DNA of 50,955 bases, taken from the NCBI GenBank assembly GCA_036560665.1, contig DATBQU010000343.1:1-50955 (forward strand), in the 5' to 3' direction. The notes under the pieces were generated by a model. It worked only from the letters and a program-made list of their open reading frames with translations. It had not been told where the DNA came from and did no database searches. Made by a program: the position numbers and the translations under genes. Position 1 is the first letter of the stretch, and every line of letters begins with the position of its first letter. Origin of the DNA: Polyangiaceae bacterium (lineage in GTDB: Bacteria > Myxococcota_A > Polyangia > Polyangiales > Polyangiaceae). This document shows, piece after piece, positions 38,058 through 46,884 of this stretch.

Positions 38058-38905
38058 CGGTGGTCCTCGGAGGCGGGTCCGCGCGGCGTGGCGGCGGGAA
38101 CGGTGACGGGCGGGATGTGGCGGGCGGCCTCGCTCTGGGGGTAGGTCTGCGCGAGGCGGTCGAAGCACTCCTTCGCCTTGGCCGGATTGCCGAGCTTCTG
38201 GTGGCTGATGCCGAGCTTGAGCAGCGCGTCGGGCGCCTTGTTGCCCGCGGGGAAGCGGGTGACGACGCCCTCGAACTGCTCGGAGGCGTGCAGGTAGTCG
38301 CCCTTGGCGAAGTAGCACTCGCCCCGCCAGTACATGGCGTTGTCGGCGTAGGGGTGGTCGGGCCACTTGAGCAGGAACGCCGCGAGCGCGTCGAGGGCGC
38401 GGTCGTACTGGCGGGCGTTCACCAGCGCGAGGGCGGCGTCGTAGGCGGGCTTGGCCTCGGGATCGAGCGCGCTCGACCGGCCCGGGCCCTCGGCGACGTT
38501 GGACTGCTCGACCTGGTCCTCGCGCCACGCGCCGCGACCGGCGCGCGGCGAGCCGAGCACGCGGATGGTCGGACGCGGAGAGGTGTCCTCGGTGTCGGCC
38601 GACTCGTCGTCCGGGCCCTGCGTCTCGCCGTCGCCCCCGACGTTGACCACGCGGGGCGGCGGCTGCGACGGGGCGGGCGCGCGCGCGGGGATACCGGCGA
38701 TCTTGACGGTGCGCGAGTCGGCCACCTGCGGGTCGAGCGTCTCGCGGTCGGCCTGGTCGCGGTCCTGCTGGACGCGCTCGATCTCGGCGCGCATGTCGTC
38801 GAGCTGGCGCTCCTCGGAGCTGCGCGCGCAGCCGAGCAGGCCGAGGGCCAGGCCGGCGGAAGCGGCGGCGAGCACCGCCAGGGGTAGCCGTGTGCGCGCT
38901 CTCAT
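38054..38905 (-). CDS. YbgF/CpoB-like TPR lipoprotein
   Basis: Lipobox LALGLLGC, a coiled-coil N-terminus and a C-terminal YbgF-type TPR (AYDAALALVNARQYDRALDALAAFLLKWPDHPYADNAMYWRGECYFAKGDY...APDALLKLG). Confidence 0.8.
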   Translation of the reverse strand: MRARTRLPLAVLAAASAGLALGLLGCARSSEERQLDDMRAEIERVQQDRDQADRETLDPQVADSRTVKIAGIPARAPAPSQPPPRVVNVGGDGETQGPDDESADTEDTSPRPTIRVLGSPRAGRGAWREDQVEQSNVAEGPGRSSALDPEAKPAYDAALALVNARQYDRALDALAAFLLKWPDHPYADNAMYWRGECYFAKGDYLHASEQFEGVVTRFPAGNKAPDALLKLGISHQKLGNPAKAKECFDRLAQTYPQSEAARHIPPVTVPAATPRGPASEDHR

Positions 38906-38954
38906 CCAGGAACAAGCGTATTGCGCGCGCGGGCGGGGGGCCAATTTCCGGTTC

Positions 38955-39557
38955 TCAGGTCCAGTGGAGGGTCGCGACAAATGATCCCGCCGCGTCGACC
39001 ACATGGGAGGCCCGCACGTCCCTGAACCGCGCCAGGGTGAGGATGTGGCGGAGCGACTCCGTCTGCCCCCGCCGCATCACCGCCGAGCGCGCATGGGGGT
39101 AGTCGGTCACGCGCAGGATGGCGCGCCGGTCGCCGAGCTCGACGCCGAGCTCGCCGTGGGTGTGGTCGTGACGCCAGATGGCCGGCGCGCGCCGGGCGAG
39201 CAGGCGCGGCGTCGCCAGGCGCAGCAGGGCCCGGTGGACCCAGCTCCAGCCGTGCTCGACGCCGGCGCGGACGAAGGTGTCGAACCTCTTCTCGTCCTCG
39301 CGCGCGAGGCCGAGCCACACCGCGTGGCACCAGCTCGCCATGATCTCCTCCGGGTACCAGGCCACCGGGACGACGATCTGCTCGCACAGCGCGTGGCGCG
39401 CTTCGGGCCCGAGCTGGTCGCTCACCTGGCGCAGGCCCGCGTCGCCCCAGAGCTCGCCGACGGCGCCGACCACGCCGGCCACGAGGGTGCCGCGAACGCT
39501 CGGGATGGCGCTCGGGCTCGGGTGGGCGGCGTGGACGGCGCGGACGGGGGGGCTCAA
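38955..39557 (-). CDS. DUF2378 / TIGR02265-like myxobacterial family protein
   Basis: ORF 38955..39776. No ATG lies near the domain start, so TTG 39557 is proposed. The length (about 200 aa) and the VRGTLVAGVVGAV...VAWYPEE pattern fit the family as I recall it. Confidence 0.55.
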   Translation of the reverse strand: MSPPVRAVHAAHPSPSAIPSVRGTLVAGVVGAVGELWGDAGLRQVSDQLGPEARHALCEQIVVPVAWYPEEIMASWCHAVWLGLAREDEKRFDTFVRAGVEHGWSWVHRALLRLATPRLLARRAPAIWRHDHTHGELGVELGDRRAILRVTDYPHARSAVMRRGQTESLRHILTLARFRDVRASHVVDAAGSFVATLHWT

Positions 39558-39663
39558 CGCGGGTGGACAAAGCCTAAGGCGCCGCGGCCCCGACGTCGTA
39601 TCTTTACCGCTCGCCGGTTCTGTGAGCACGATAGTGGCTCGCCCTGCGCGAGGAGCTCCGAAG

Positions 39664-40479
39664 TTGCCACAGCCCGCCCGCAAGCTCGATCTGCGCAAGA
39701 CCCTGTTTCTCTTGCCGAACATCATCACGCTCTCGAGCGTGTTCTGCGGGTTCGACTCCATCCGCATCAGCGCCACGGCCCAGGGGGACGACGACTACTA
39801 CCGGGCGTCGCTGCTGCTGGTGTTCGCGCTGTTCTTCGACATGCTCGACGGGCGCGTGGCGCGCTTGACGAAGACGCAGAGCGCGTTCGGCCTGCAGATC
39901 GACTCGCTGGCGGACGCCATCTCGTTCGGCGTGGCGCCGGCCCTGCTCGTCTACAAGTGGTCGCTGTGGCAGCGGCCGACGGCCGGGCTCATCGCCGGGT
40001 TCCTGTTCGCGGGGGCCGGCGCGGTGCGCCTGGCGCGCTTCAACGTGCTGTCGATGGGAGAAAAGGGCGCGCCGACCAAGCCGGGCAAGTACATCGTGGG
40101 GCTGCCCGTGCCGGGGGCGGCCGGGATCCTCATCTCGCTCGTGCTCGCCAACCACGCCATGGGCGACGAGCTGCGCCTGCACGGCCCGAAGTACGTGTGG
40201 GCGATGATCGCGCTGACCGGCTTCCTGTCGTTCCTGATGGTCTCGACCATCAAGTTCCGCAGCTTCAAGGATCTGCGCCTCAACGCGCGCACGTTCCTGC
40301 TGGTGGCCTTCGCCGTGGGCTCGAGCGCCATCGTGAGCCTCCAGACGCGCCCGGCGTTCGTGCTGGTGTGGCTGCTGTCTTTCTACGTGATCATCGGCCT
40401 GGTCGAGACCGTGCTCACCCTGATGCGGCGCGCGGCGCGAAGGGACGAGGCGCGCAGGAGCCTGCCGCCGACGGGGTAG
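39664..40479 (+). CDS. pssA: CDP-diacylglycerol--serine O-phosphatidyltransferase
   Basis: CDP-alcohol phosphatidyltransferase motif DMLDGRVARLTKTQSAFGLQIDSLAD with multiple TM helices. TTG 39664 has GAGGAG 8 nt upstream. Confidence 0.85.
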   Translation: MPQPARKLDLRKTLFLLPNIITLSSVFCGFDSIRISATAQGDDDYYRASLLLVFALFFDMLDGRVARLTKTQSAFGLQIDSLADAISFGVAPALLVYKWSLWQRPTAGLIAGFLFAGAGAVRLARFNVLSMGEKGAPTKPGKYIVGLPVPGAAGILISLVLANHAMGDELRLHGPKYVWAMIALTGFLSFLMVSTIKFRSFKDLRLNARTFLLVAFAVGSSAIVSLQTRPAFVLVWLLSFYVIIGLVETVLTLMRRAARRDEARRSLPPTG

Positions 40480-40502
40480 GCAGGCCGCGCTAGGCTCTTG
40501 CC

Positions 40503-42335
40503 GTGCTGGAGGATCTGTACATCCTGCGCGATCGGGCGCGCGCGGCGGCGGCGAAGGGGGATCTCGATGCGGCGATCGCGGCGCTGCTGTCGGCGGCGGC
40601 GCAGACGCACGTGGCCGAGCACGACTACGTGGCCGTGCTGCGTCCGCTGGAGGAGGCGCTGGCGAAGCGGGGCGACTCGCGCGGGGCGTGGACGGTCCTC
40701 GGGTACCTGGCGTCGACCGACGCGGCGGCGTGGAAGCGCGCGCTGTCGCTCCAGCCTCCGCTTCCGCCCGTCGACCGCGCGCGCATGCTCGCGGCGCAGG
40801 GGCACATGGCGGAGGCGGCGCGCGAGATGGAGGACGCGGGGCTGGTCGCCGCCGCCGCCATCTTCCGCGAGAAGGCCAAGGACTGGACGGCCGCGCGCGC
40901 GCTGTGGTCGCGCCTGGCGCACGTCACCGAGCGGGGCGACGACGCGTACGTCGCGGCGCTGGTGCGCTTCAACCTCGCGCGCTGCGCGCGGCAGTGCGGC
41001 GACGCGCTCCAGGCGCGCGACGCCACCGTGGCCAGCGTGCGGCTGGTCGAGGAGGCGGCCGACCACTTCGAGTCCATCGGGCAGCGCGAGCGCGCCTTCG
41101 ACTGCTTCCAGGTGCTGGTGCAGATCGGGCGCGAGAGCGGCGCCTTCGAGGACGTCCTGGAGGGGTTCGTCAACTGCATCCGCATCCTGCGCGAGGACCA
41201 CCTCAAGTACTTCGCGCTCGAGTACTTCGAGGAGTCGATCGCCGCGGCGGCGGAGCGCGGAGAAACGAGCGCTGCGGCCACGCTGGCGCGCGAGGCCTCC
41301 GACTACGCGCGCTCGCTCGGCCTCGCCTCGGCCGCGAGCGGGTACGCCGTGCGGCAGGCGGAGCTGTGGCGCGCGCTCGCCCGGCAGCACCTCGAGCGCG
41401 GCGCGCCGCCGGAGATCGCCGAGAACGCGCTGCTCGCCGCCATCCTGGCCTTCGGCGAGGTGGGGCAGTACGCGCGCGTGGGAGAGCTCTACCAGGAGCT
41501 CGGCGGCCTGGACCTCGAGGCGTCGCGGCGCCAGCACTACGCGCGCGTGGCCAAGCGCTACGTCAGCGTGAAGGACGAGGCGCTGGAGACGTCGAGCACG
41601 GTGGCGCACCCGCTGCGGCAGGACACGCACTTCACCGAGGTCTGGCACGTCGACGTCCTGGAGTGGGAGCAGCAGGGCAGCGCCGCCGAGGCCTGCGCCG
41701 ACGTGCTCCTCGACAAGCGCTGGCCGGACCTCATCCGGCGCAAGGCGATGCTGGCGCGGCTGACGGCCCTCCAGGTGGAGGGCAAGCCCGACGACGGGAG
41801 CGTGGGGCTGCTCAACGCGCGCCTGCACCTGGCCGAGCAGCTGGCGCAGCTCCAGCTCTACGCCGTGCTCTCGCCGCTGGAGAAGCTCTTCGCCCGGCCC
41901 GAGCGACGCACCAAGATCGCCGTCCTGCAGTCGCTCCAGACGCTCTTCTTCAAGCGCAGCTTCGTGACCGTCCGCGCGGGGCTGCGCGATCCCGACGCCG
42001 CCGTGGTGGAGCAGGCGTCCAAGGCGGTCGAGGCGCTCTACTTCCAGCACGCGGTCGATCCGCTCGCGCGCATCGTCCGCGAGGCGCCCGATCCCGCCGT
42101 GCGCGCGTCAGCCCTGCGCGCGCTGGCGAAGATCGACACGCTCGAGGCGGCGGAGTTCCTGCTCGGCGTGCTCGAGCACGGCGCGCCGGCCGACCGCATC
42201 GCGGCGCTGATGGCGCTCAAGGGGACGCGCGGCGCGAAGTTCGTCGAGCTCGCGCGGGTGGCGCTCCAGAGCGCGCAGGGGCCGCTGCACGCGAGCCTGC
42301 GCGAGGTGCTGAACGCGCGGGGGCTGGCGGCGTGA
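40503..42335 (+). CDS. Helical repeat (TPR-like N-terminus, HEAT/PBS-lyase-like C-terminus) hypothetical protein
   Basis: GTG start, 610 aa, all-helical composition. The C-terminus has HEAT-like repeats (DPDAAVVEQASKAVEAL, DPAVRASALRALAKI, ADRIAALMALKG). Confidence 0.7.
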   Translation: MLEDLYILRDRARAAAAKGDLDAAIAALLSAAAQTHVAEHDYVAVLRPLEEALAKRGDSRGAWTVLGYLASTDAAAWKRALSLQPPLPPVDRARMLAAQGHMAEAAREMEDAGLVAAAAIFREKAKDWTAARALWSRLAHVTERGDDAYVAALVRFNLARCARQCGDALQARDATVASVRLVEEAADHFESIGQRERAFDCFQVLVQIGRESGAFEDVLEGFVNCIRILREDHLKYFALEYFEESIAAAAERGETSAAATLAREASDYARSLGLASAASGYAVRQAELWRALARQHLERGAPPEIAENALLAAILAFGEVGQYARVGELYQELGGLDLEASRRQHYARVAKRYVSVKDEALETSSTVAHPLRQDTHFTEVWHVDVLEWEQQGSAAEACADVLLDKRWPDLIRRKAMLARLTALQVEGKPDDGSVGLLNARLHLAEQLAQLQLYAVLSPLEKLFARPERRTKIAVLQSLQTLFFKRSFVTVRAGLRDPDAAVVEQASKAVEALYFQHAVDPLARIVREAPDPAVRASALRALAKIDTLEAAEFLLGVLEHGAPADRIAALMALKGTRGAKFVELARVALQSAQGPLHASLREVLNARGLAA

Positions 42336-42370
42336 GGGCGAGCGGCTCCTGCGGATGATGTCGGAGAGCA

Positions 42371-44065
42371 TCAAGGCGGCCTTGGAGCCGAGCACTCGCC
42401 GTCGAGGGTCCGGTTCGCGTCGGGCGAGACCGGCCCCATGGCATCCGAGTACGCGAGGTTGACCGCGCCCGGGTAGCTGCCGAGGGCGGCGGGCGAGAAG
42501 GTCACGGTCACGGCGCACTGCGCCCCCACGCCGAGCGTCCCCGTGGAGCAATAGGGGACGCTCGTCCCGGGCGCGATCACGCTCCCGACGCCCCCCGGGA
42601 AGGCTCCTCCGCCCCAGGCGAACGGAGTGCCGAGCGGCGTTCCTTCTCCCAGCGACGTCACCGGCACGGCGCCCCGGTTCATGACGAACAGGGTGAGAGG
42701 CGCGGTCCCACCGGGGAAGGTCGAGACACCGGATGGAGCGCAGACGCCGTCCATGCATCCGAAGAAACCCGGTTCATCGCTCACGGTCACGAAGGCGCGC
42801 GGGGTGGCCGTGCCGTGCAGCGCGCAGGTCGCGCTCGGGAGGTACGCGCCGGTGAAGTCCAGCGTGAGCTGGCCGCTGCCGGAGCTGGCGGCCGTGTAGG
42901 TGACCGAGACCGTGCAGGTGCTCCCGGGGGCCAGCGAGCTGGAGCAGAAGCCGGTCCCGGAGCCGCCCGGGTAGGCGCCGCCGGCGGTCCACACGAACGG
43001 CGGCGCCAGGGACATCCCGTCGGTGATGCCGACCACCGCGCCGCCCGTGTTCGTCAGCTGGAACTGCGTCGAGATGGGGATCCCCGCGGTGCCGAAGTCG
43101 AAGGGCAGTCCACCGTCCGCGCCGCCCGGGAAGCTCGTCGAAATGGCGCCCTGGAGCTTCACGCCGGCGCAGTCCGAGCCCACCCGCGCGACGTCGCGCA
43201 GGTTCGCCGCATCCTCGGTGCTCAGCCCCGCCGGCACCTCGCTCTGGGCCGGCACCGGCTTGCCGGTCAACGCGACGTAGAACGTGGACGCCGCGAGATA
43301 GGTGCCGGCCACCGTGGGGTGACTTAGGTCGCTCTGCTGCAAGTCGATTCCCGGGAACCGGGCGCGCGAGCGCTGAAAGGCCTCTCCTGCGCAAGCGAGG
43401 ATGCTCTGGGGCCAGAGCTGCGCCACCTGTTCGTAGGCGATGGTGAGCTCGTCTTGCATCTCGGCGGGGCAGGCGAAGTTGCCATACGGCAATGGCGAAT
43501 AGATCGGATCGCCCGCCGCCCGGGCCCAGGTCACGAAGAGAGTGGGCTGGGCTCCGGCGCCGACGATGAGGTCACTGAACTGCTGCGCGTAGCCGAGGAA
43601 CGTGGAGGGACCCAGGGCAGTGAGCGGCTCCAGGCTCTGACCCTGGAGCACGACGTGGGTCCACTGCCGCTCCAGGATCTTCGCCTGAGCCAGTCCGTTG
43701 CCCCAGTGGACCTCCAGAGACGCGCCGCCCTGCACGACTTCGTCCGTCGTGATGGTGGGCGGCACGCCGGCAGTGGCGGCGATCCTCGCGAGCATGCCGG
43801 GCAAGTCATTCACGTAGGTGTAGCTGTTGCCGATGAAGAGCACGTGGAGAGCGGCGGGGCCGGCGTCCGCGGTGAGCGTGTCCGGCGCGCCGACGTCCGC
43901 GGTCGCGGCGTCCGCCGTGGGGGCGTCCGCTGCGGGAGCGTCGGCGGTGCCCGCGTCCAGTGCTTCGGCGTCCGCCGCGATCACCGTCCCGTCCGAGTCG
44001 CAGCCAGCCAAGGGGGAGAACGCGGCGAATGCCACGGCGACAGCGATGACTGCGCGACGGTTCAT
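42371..44065 (-). CDS. Lipoprotein with an SGNH/GDSL-like hydrolase domain and C-terminal choice-of-anchor-D-like beta domains
   Basis: Lipobox FSPLAGC, an Ala/Asp repeat linker (ADAPTADAATAD), an SGNH-type block I (LFIGNSYTYVNDLP) and repeated TNTGG...C...C..V.Y modules. Confidence 0.75.
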   Translation of the reverse strand: MNRRAVIAVAVAFAAFSPLAGCDSDGTVIAADAEALDAGTADAPAADAPTADAATADVGAPDTLTADAGPAALHVLFIGNSYTYVNDLPGMLARIAATAGVPPTITTDEVVQGGASLEVHWGNGLAQAKILERQWTHVVLQGQSLEPLTALGPSTFLGYAQQFSDLIVGAGAQPTLFVTWARAAGDPIYSPLPYGNFACPAEMQDELTIAYEQVAQLWPQSILACAGEAFQRSRARFPGIDLQQSDLSHPTVAGTYLAASTFYVALTGKPVPAQSEVPAGLSTEDAANLRDVARVGSDCAGVKLQGAISTSFPGGADGGLPFDFGTAGIPISTQFQLTNTGGAVVGITDGMSLAPPFVWTAGGAYPGGSGTGFCSSSLAPGSTCTVSVTYTAASSGSGQLTLDFTGAYLPSATCALHGTATPRAFVTVSDEPGFFGCMDGVCAPSGVSTFPGGTAPLTLFVMNRGAVPVTSLGEGTPLGTPFAWGGGAFPGGVGSVIAPGTSVPYCSTGTLGVGAQCAVTVTFSPAALGSYPGAVNLAYSDAMGPVSPDANRTLDGECSAPRPP

Positions 44066-44079
44066 TGGACGCGGTCCCG

Positions 44080-44095
44080 AGCACCAATCGTGCCA
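44080..44095 (-). promoter_or_regulatory. Sigma54 promoter candidate
   Basis: The minus strand reads TGGCACGATTGGTGCT. The -24 box is perfect, the spacing is correct, and the -12 box is GTGC instead of TTGC. The -12 C is at 44081 and the ATG is at 44065. Confidence 0.35.
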
Positions 44096-44267
44096 GCACT
44101 TCGGCCAGCGAACGACGGCCTTCTTCCCCTGACCACTGGGTCAAAGTGTGTCGGGCGCGCGGCGACAAGGGCTCGGGGGCCCGGTATCTTCGGGCCCCTG
44201 TCATGTCCCTGACGCTCCACCTCACCCTCGCCGACTGCTCCGCGCCGTACATGAAGATGTTCCCGCT

Positions 44268-45182
44268 ATGACCGCCGGGCGGCTCCCGCGACGCGACCTC
44301 CTGCTCGCCGCGACCTCGGTGATGGTCGCCGCCTGCGCATCGAAGGCGCCCGGGCGCTCCGCGACCGCGCGGGAGGCGCCGGAGGCGGACGGGGAGCTCG
44401 CGCGCATCGAGGCCCAGGTGGGCGGTCACGTCGGCGTGTTCGCGCTCGACACGGCGAGCGGGCGCAGCCTCGCCCACCGCGCGGACGAGCGCTTCGCCAT
44501 GTGCTCGACCTTCAAGTGGACGCTCGCGGCCGCCGCGTTCGCGCGCATCGACCGCGGCGAGGCGACGCTCGAGGAGCGCATTCCGTTCGGTCCGGCCGAT
44601 CTCATGGAAACCGCGCCCGCCGCCAGGGAGCACGTCGCCGAGGGTGCGATGACGGTCGAGACCATGGCGCGCGCCATCGTGACCGTGAGCGACAACACCG
44701 CGGCCAACCTGCTGCTCGCCTGGGTGGGCGGCCCCGGCGCGCTCACCGCGTTCTTCCGGCAGCACGGCGACACCGTCACCCGCCTCGATCGGAACGAGCC
44801 GAGCCTCAACTCGAACGACCCCGGCGACGTGCGGGACACCACCTCGCCGCGCGCCATGGTGGGTCTCATGCAGGCCGTGCTCGTGGGCGACGCGCTGAAG
44901 ACCGCCTCGCGCGAGCGCCTCCTCGCGCTGCTGCGAGCCTCCGAGACCGGCAAGAAACGCCTCCGCGCGGGCCTGCCGCCGGACTGGATCGTCGGCGACA
45001 AGACCGGCACCGGCAACTACGCCGTCAACGACCTCGCCATCGCCGTCCCTCCCGGGCGCGCGCCCATCCTGATGGCGGTGTACATGAGCGATCCGGGTGG
45101 CCCGGACGACGACGACTGCGTGCGCCACGAAGCGGGCGACGTGGCGATCGCGAGGCTCGTGGCGAGGCGGCTGGGGGGCTGA
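44268..45182 (+). CDS. Class A beta-lactamase with a Tat-type signal
   Basis: Twin-arginine signal MTAGRLPRRDLLLAATSVMVAAC. STFK, SDN, RNEPSLN (E166 region) and KTG motifs are all present. Confidence 0.9.
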   Translation: MTAGRLPRRDLLLAATSVMVAACASKAPGRSATAREAPEADGELARIEAQVGGHVGVFALDTASGRSLAHRADERFAMCSTFKWTLAAAAFARIDRGEATLEERIPFGPADLMETAPAAREHVAEGAMTVETMARAIVTVSDNTAANLLLAWVGGPGALTAFFRQHGDTVTRLDRNEPSLNSNDPGDVRDTTSPRAMVGLMQAVLVGDALKTASRERLLALLRASETGKKRLRAGLPPDWIVGDKTGTGNYAVNDLAIAVPPGRAPILMAVYMSDPGGPDDDDCVRHEAGDVAIARLVARRLGG

Positions 45183-45191
45183 GGGGCGCCG

Positions 45192-45626
45192 CTATCTCCC
45201 GGTCCTGGCCGATGCGAGCTCCACGACGCTCGCGAAGCACAGCAGGTTTCCGTCGGGATCGCGCACGATGAAGTCACTGGCGCCCCACGGCTCTTCCTTC
45301 AGCGTCTGCGCGAAGTCGACGCCGCGCGCGCGGAGCTCGAGAAAGAGCGCTTCGATCCCGTGCACCGGGATGTTCGCCGTCAGCACGTCGGGGTCGCCTT
45401 CAGGGCGGTAGTGCGCAGGCGCGTCCACGTGACGGAGGTTGATGCCCGCGCCGCCGCGCTCCACCAGTCCGTAGAACGGCGGCTCACCGTGCAGGTAGAC
45501 GACCTGGAAGCCGAGCTTGTTGCGATAGAACTCCGCGGCGCGCGCCACGTCGGAGACGAGCGCCTGCGGGAACGCGGCGACGAGGCGGGGGCCGTCCTTC
45601 TCTTGGATCCGTTGCGATCTGGGCAT
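45192..45626 (-). CDS. VOC (glyoxalase/bleomycin resistance) family protein
   Basis: VSDVARAAEFYRNKLGFQVV and DFIVRDPDGNLLCF. The ORF extends to GTG 45662, but the extra codons are atypical (CCA AAA TTG), so ATG 45626 is preferred. Confidence 0.75.
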   Translation of the reverse strand: MPRSQRIQEKDGPRLVAAFPQALVSDVARAAEFYRNKLGFQVVYLHGEPPFYGLVERGGAGINLRHVDAPAHYRPEGDPDVLTANIPVHGIEALFLELRARGVDFAQTLKEEPWGASDFIVRDPDGNLLCFASVVELASARTGR

Positions 45627-45856
45627 GACCTTCGGCTTCAGCGGTTCGTCCAATTTTGGCACTTTGCGTCGCGTTCGAAAAGCGCGACACCATGATCATG
45701 ACGATGGCGGCGGCCGTTGCGTCGTGTGCGCTCGTCGTGCCGCCGACAACGCGCACCAGCGCTGCACCCGCCTGCAAGCGTGCTCGGCGACCGACGTCCA
45801 GATCCGTTACGGCAGCGAGGGCCGACGCCGCGACGAGCACCGAGGGGGCCTGCCAA

Positions 45857-45876
45857 CCCGCGGTCGAGACCGCGGG
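45857..45876 (-). terminator. Possible terminator hairpin after the FN3 gene
   Basis: Perfect 9-bp inverted repeat CCCGCGGTC-GA-GACCGCGGG, 32 nt past the stop codon, followed by only TT on the minus strand. Confidence 0.3.
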
Positions 45877-45907
45877 CGCGGCCTGCACCCTCTCGCGCGC
45901 GCTGCGC

Positions 45908-46555
45908 CTACTTGACGATGAGCGCGACCGGCTGGCTCCAGTCCGCCTCGCCGATCTTGGTCACCGGGCGGTACCGGAACATCACGCTCGCCCCCGGCAC
46001 CAGGCCGGAGACCGTCGTCTTGGCCTGCAGCGAGGCGGAAGCGAGCTGCCAGGTCTTGCCTCCGTCGATGCTCGTCTCCCATTCGTACGAGGCGCGCCGG
46101 GCGGCGGACTGCGCCACCAGCGTCACCTGTCCGGACACCGCGCCCGACTTCGCCGCGAACACACGCGGCGGGTGGGCGCCCGTCTTCTTCACGCTCAGCC
46201 CCGCGCTCTGGATGAGCGTGGACGCCTGATCAGGGCTGGCGTCGGCGGCCTGCTGCACGCCCGCCTTCAGCTGGTGAAGCAGCGTGACCAGCGCGGCGCG
46301 CTTCACGTTGCGCGTCGCCGCCGCCCCCCGCGTCTTGGACTGGGTCGCCGTCTCGGCGGCCTCGAGGTCGTCAATGGCCGCCGTCACGGTGGCGAGCGGC
46401 GGGTTCGTCGTGGGGAACGCGCTGTTGCCGGTCATCGACTGCACGATGGCCCGGGCGACGGTGATGAGGGCCGGGACCTTGGTCGGCAACTTCAGGGAGG
46501 CGATGGTGCGGCGCGGGAGGGGTGCGGTCTTGGTCTTGGCGATGGTGGTGGTCAT
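45908..46555 (-). CDS. Fibronectin type III domain-containing hypothetical protein
   Basis: 215 aa. Helical N-terminal half (LKLPTKVPALITVARAIVQSMTGNSAFP...). The C-terminal FN3 has ASYEWETSIDGGKTW...FRYRPVTKIGEADWSQPV. Native high GC3. Confidence 0.8.
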   Translation of the reverse strand: MTTTIAKTKTAPLPRRTIASLKLPTKVPALITVARAIVQSMTGNSAFPTTNPPLATVTAAIDDLEAAETATQSKTRGAAATRNVKRAALVTLLHQLKAGVQQAADASPDQASTLIQSAGLSVKKTGAHPPRVFAAKSGAVSGQVTLVAQSAARRASYEWETSIDGGKTWQLASASLQAKTTVSGLVPGASVMFRYRPVTKIGEADWSQPVALIVK

Positions 46556-46569
46556 GATGGGCTCCTTCG

Positions 46570-46884
46570 GCTTCGCGGGTCACTGAAAGCAGCTTCTTGG
46601 TTCGTTCGAGCGGCTGTGAGGTCCGTCACAGCGGGTTTGTGCTTCGTCATCGCTGCTCTTCGGAACGCGAAAGCAGCTTGCTGGTTGCAACGAGCGACTC
46701 CGGGGTTGCCGTGAGCGACTTTCTGGTCACTCACAGCGACTTCTTGGTTCGACAACGCAGCTCGTGGGTCACTCACAACCGCTCTCGCGTCATCGAGAGC
46801 AGCTCGCGGGTACCGAGAAGCTGCTTTGTTGTTCGTTCGAGCGGCTTCTTGGTTCCAAGATGCGGCTCTGGGGTCCTTGCGCGC
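46570..46884. repeat. Degenerate tandem array of about 15 units of 21 bp in a lower-GC patch
   Basis: Units are in exact 21-bp register from 46591 to 46884, plus one 22-bp unit before them. Consensus is nGCTnnnnGGTnnnnnnnAGC. Perfect 7-6-7 hairpin units lie at 46612-46632 (GCTGTGA/TCACAGC) and 46780-46800 (GCTCTCG/CGAGAGC). Hand-counted GC is about 55-62% per 60-nt line. Confidence 0.85.

Noticed and set aside
39637-39651. TGGCTCGCCCTGCGC upstream of pssA as a sigma54 promoter
   Set aside because: The spacing fits, but both boxes are weak (TGGCTC, and GCGC in place of TTGC). It cannot be told apart from chance in GC-rich DNA.
45657-45675. Plus-strand TGGCAC followed by TTTGC near the VOC gene start
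   Set aside because: No GC dinucleotide lies at the required -12 distance, and no plus-strand gene lies downstream.
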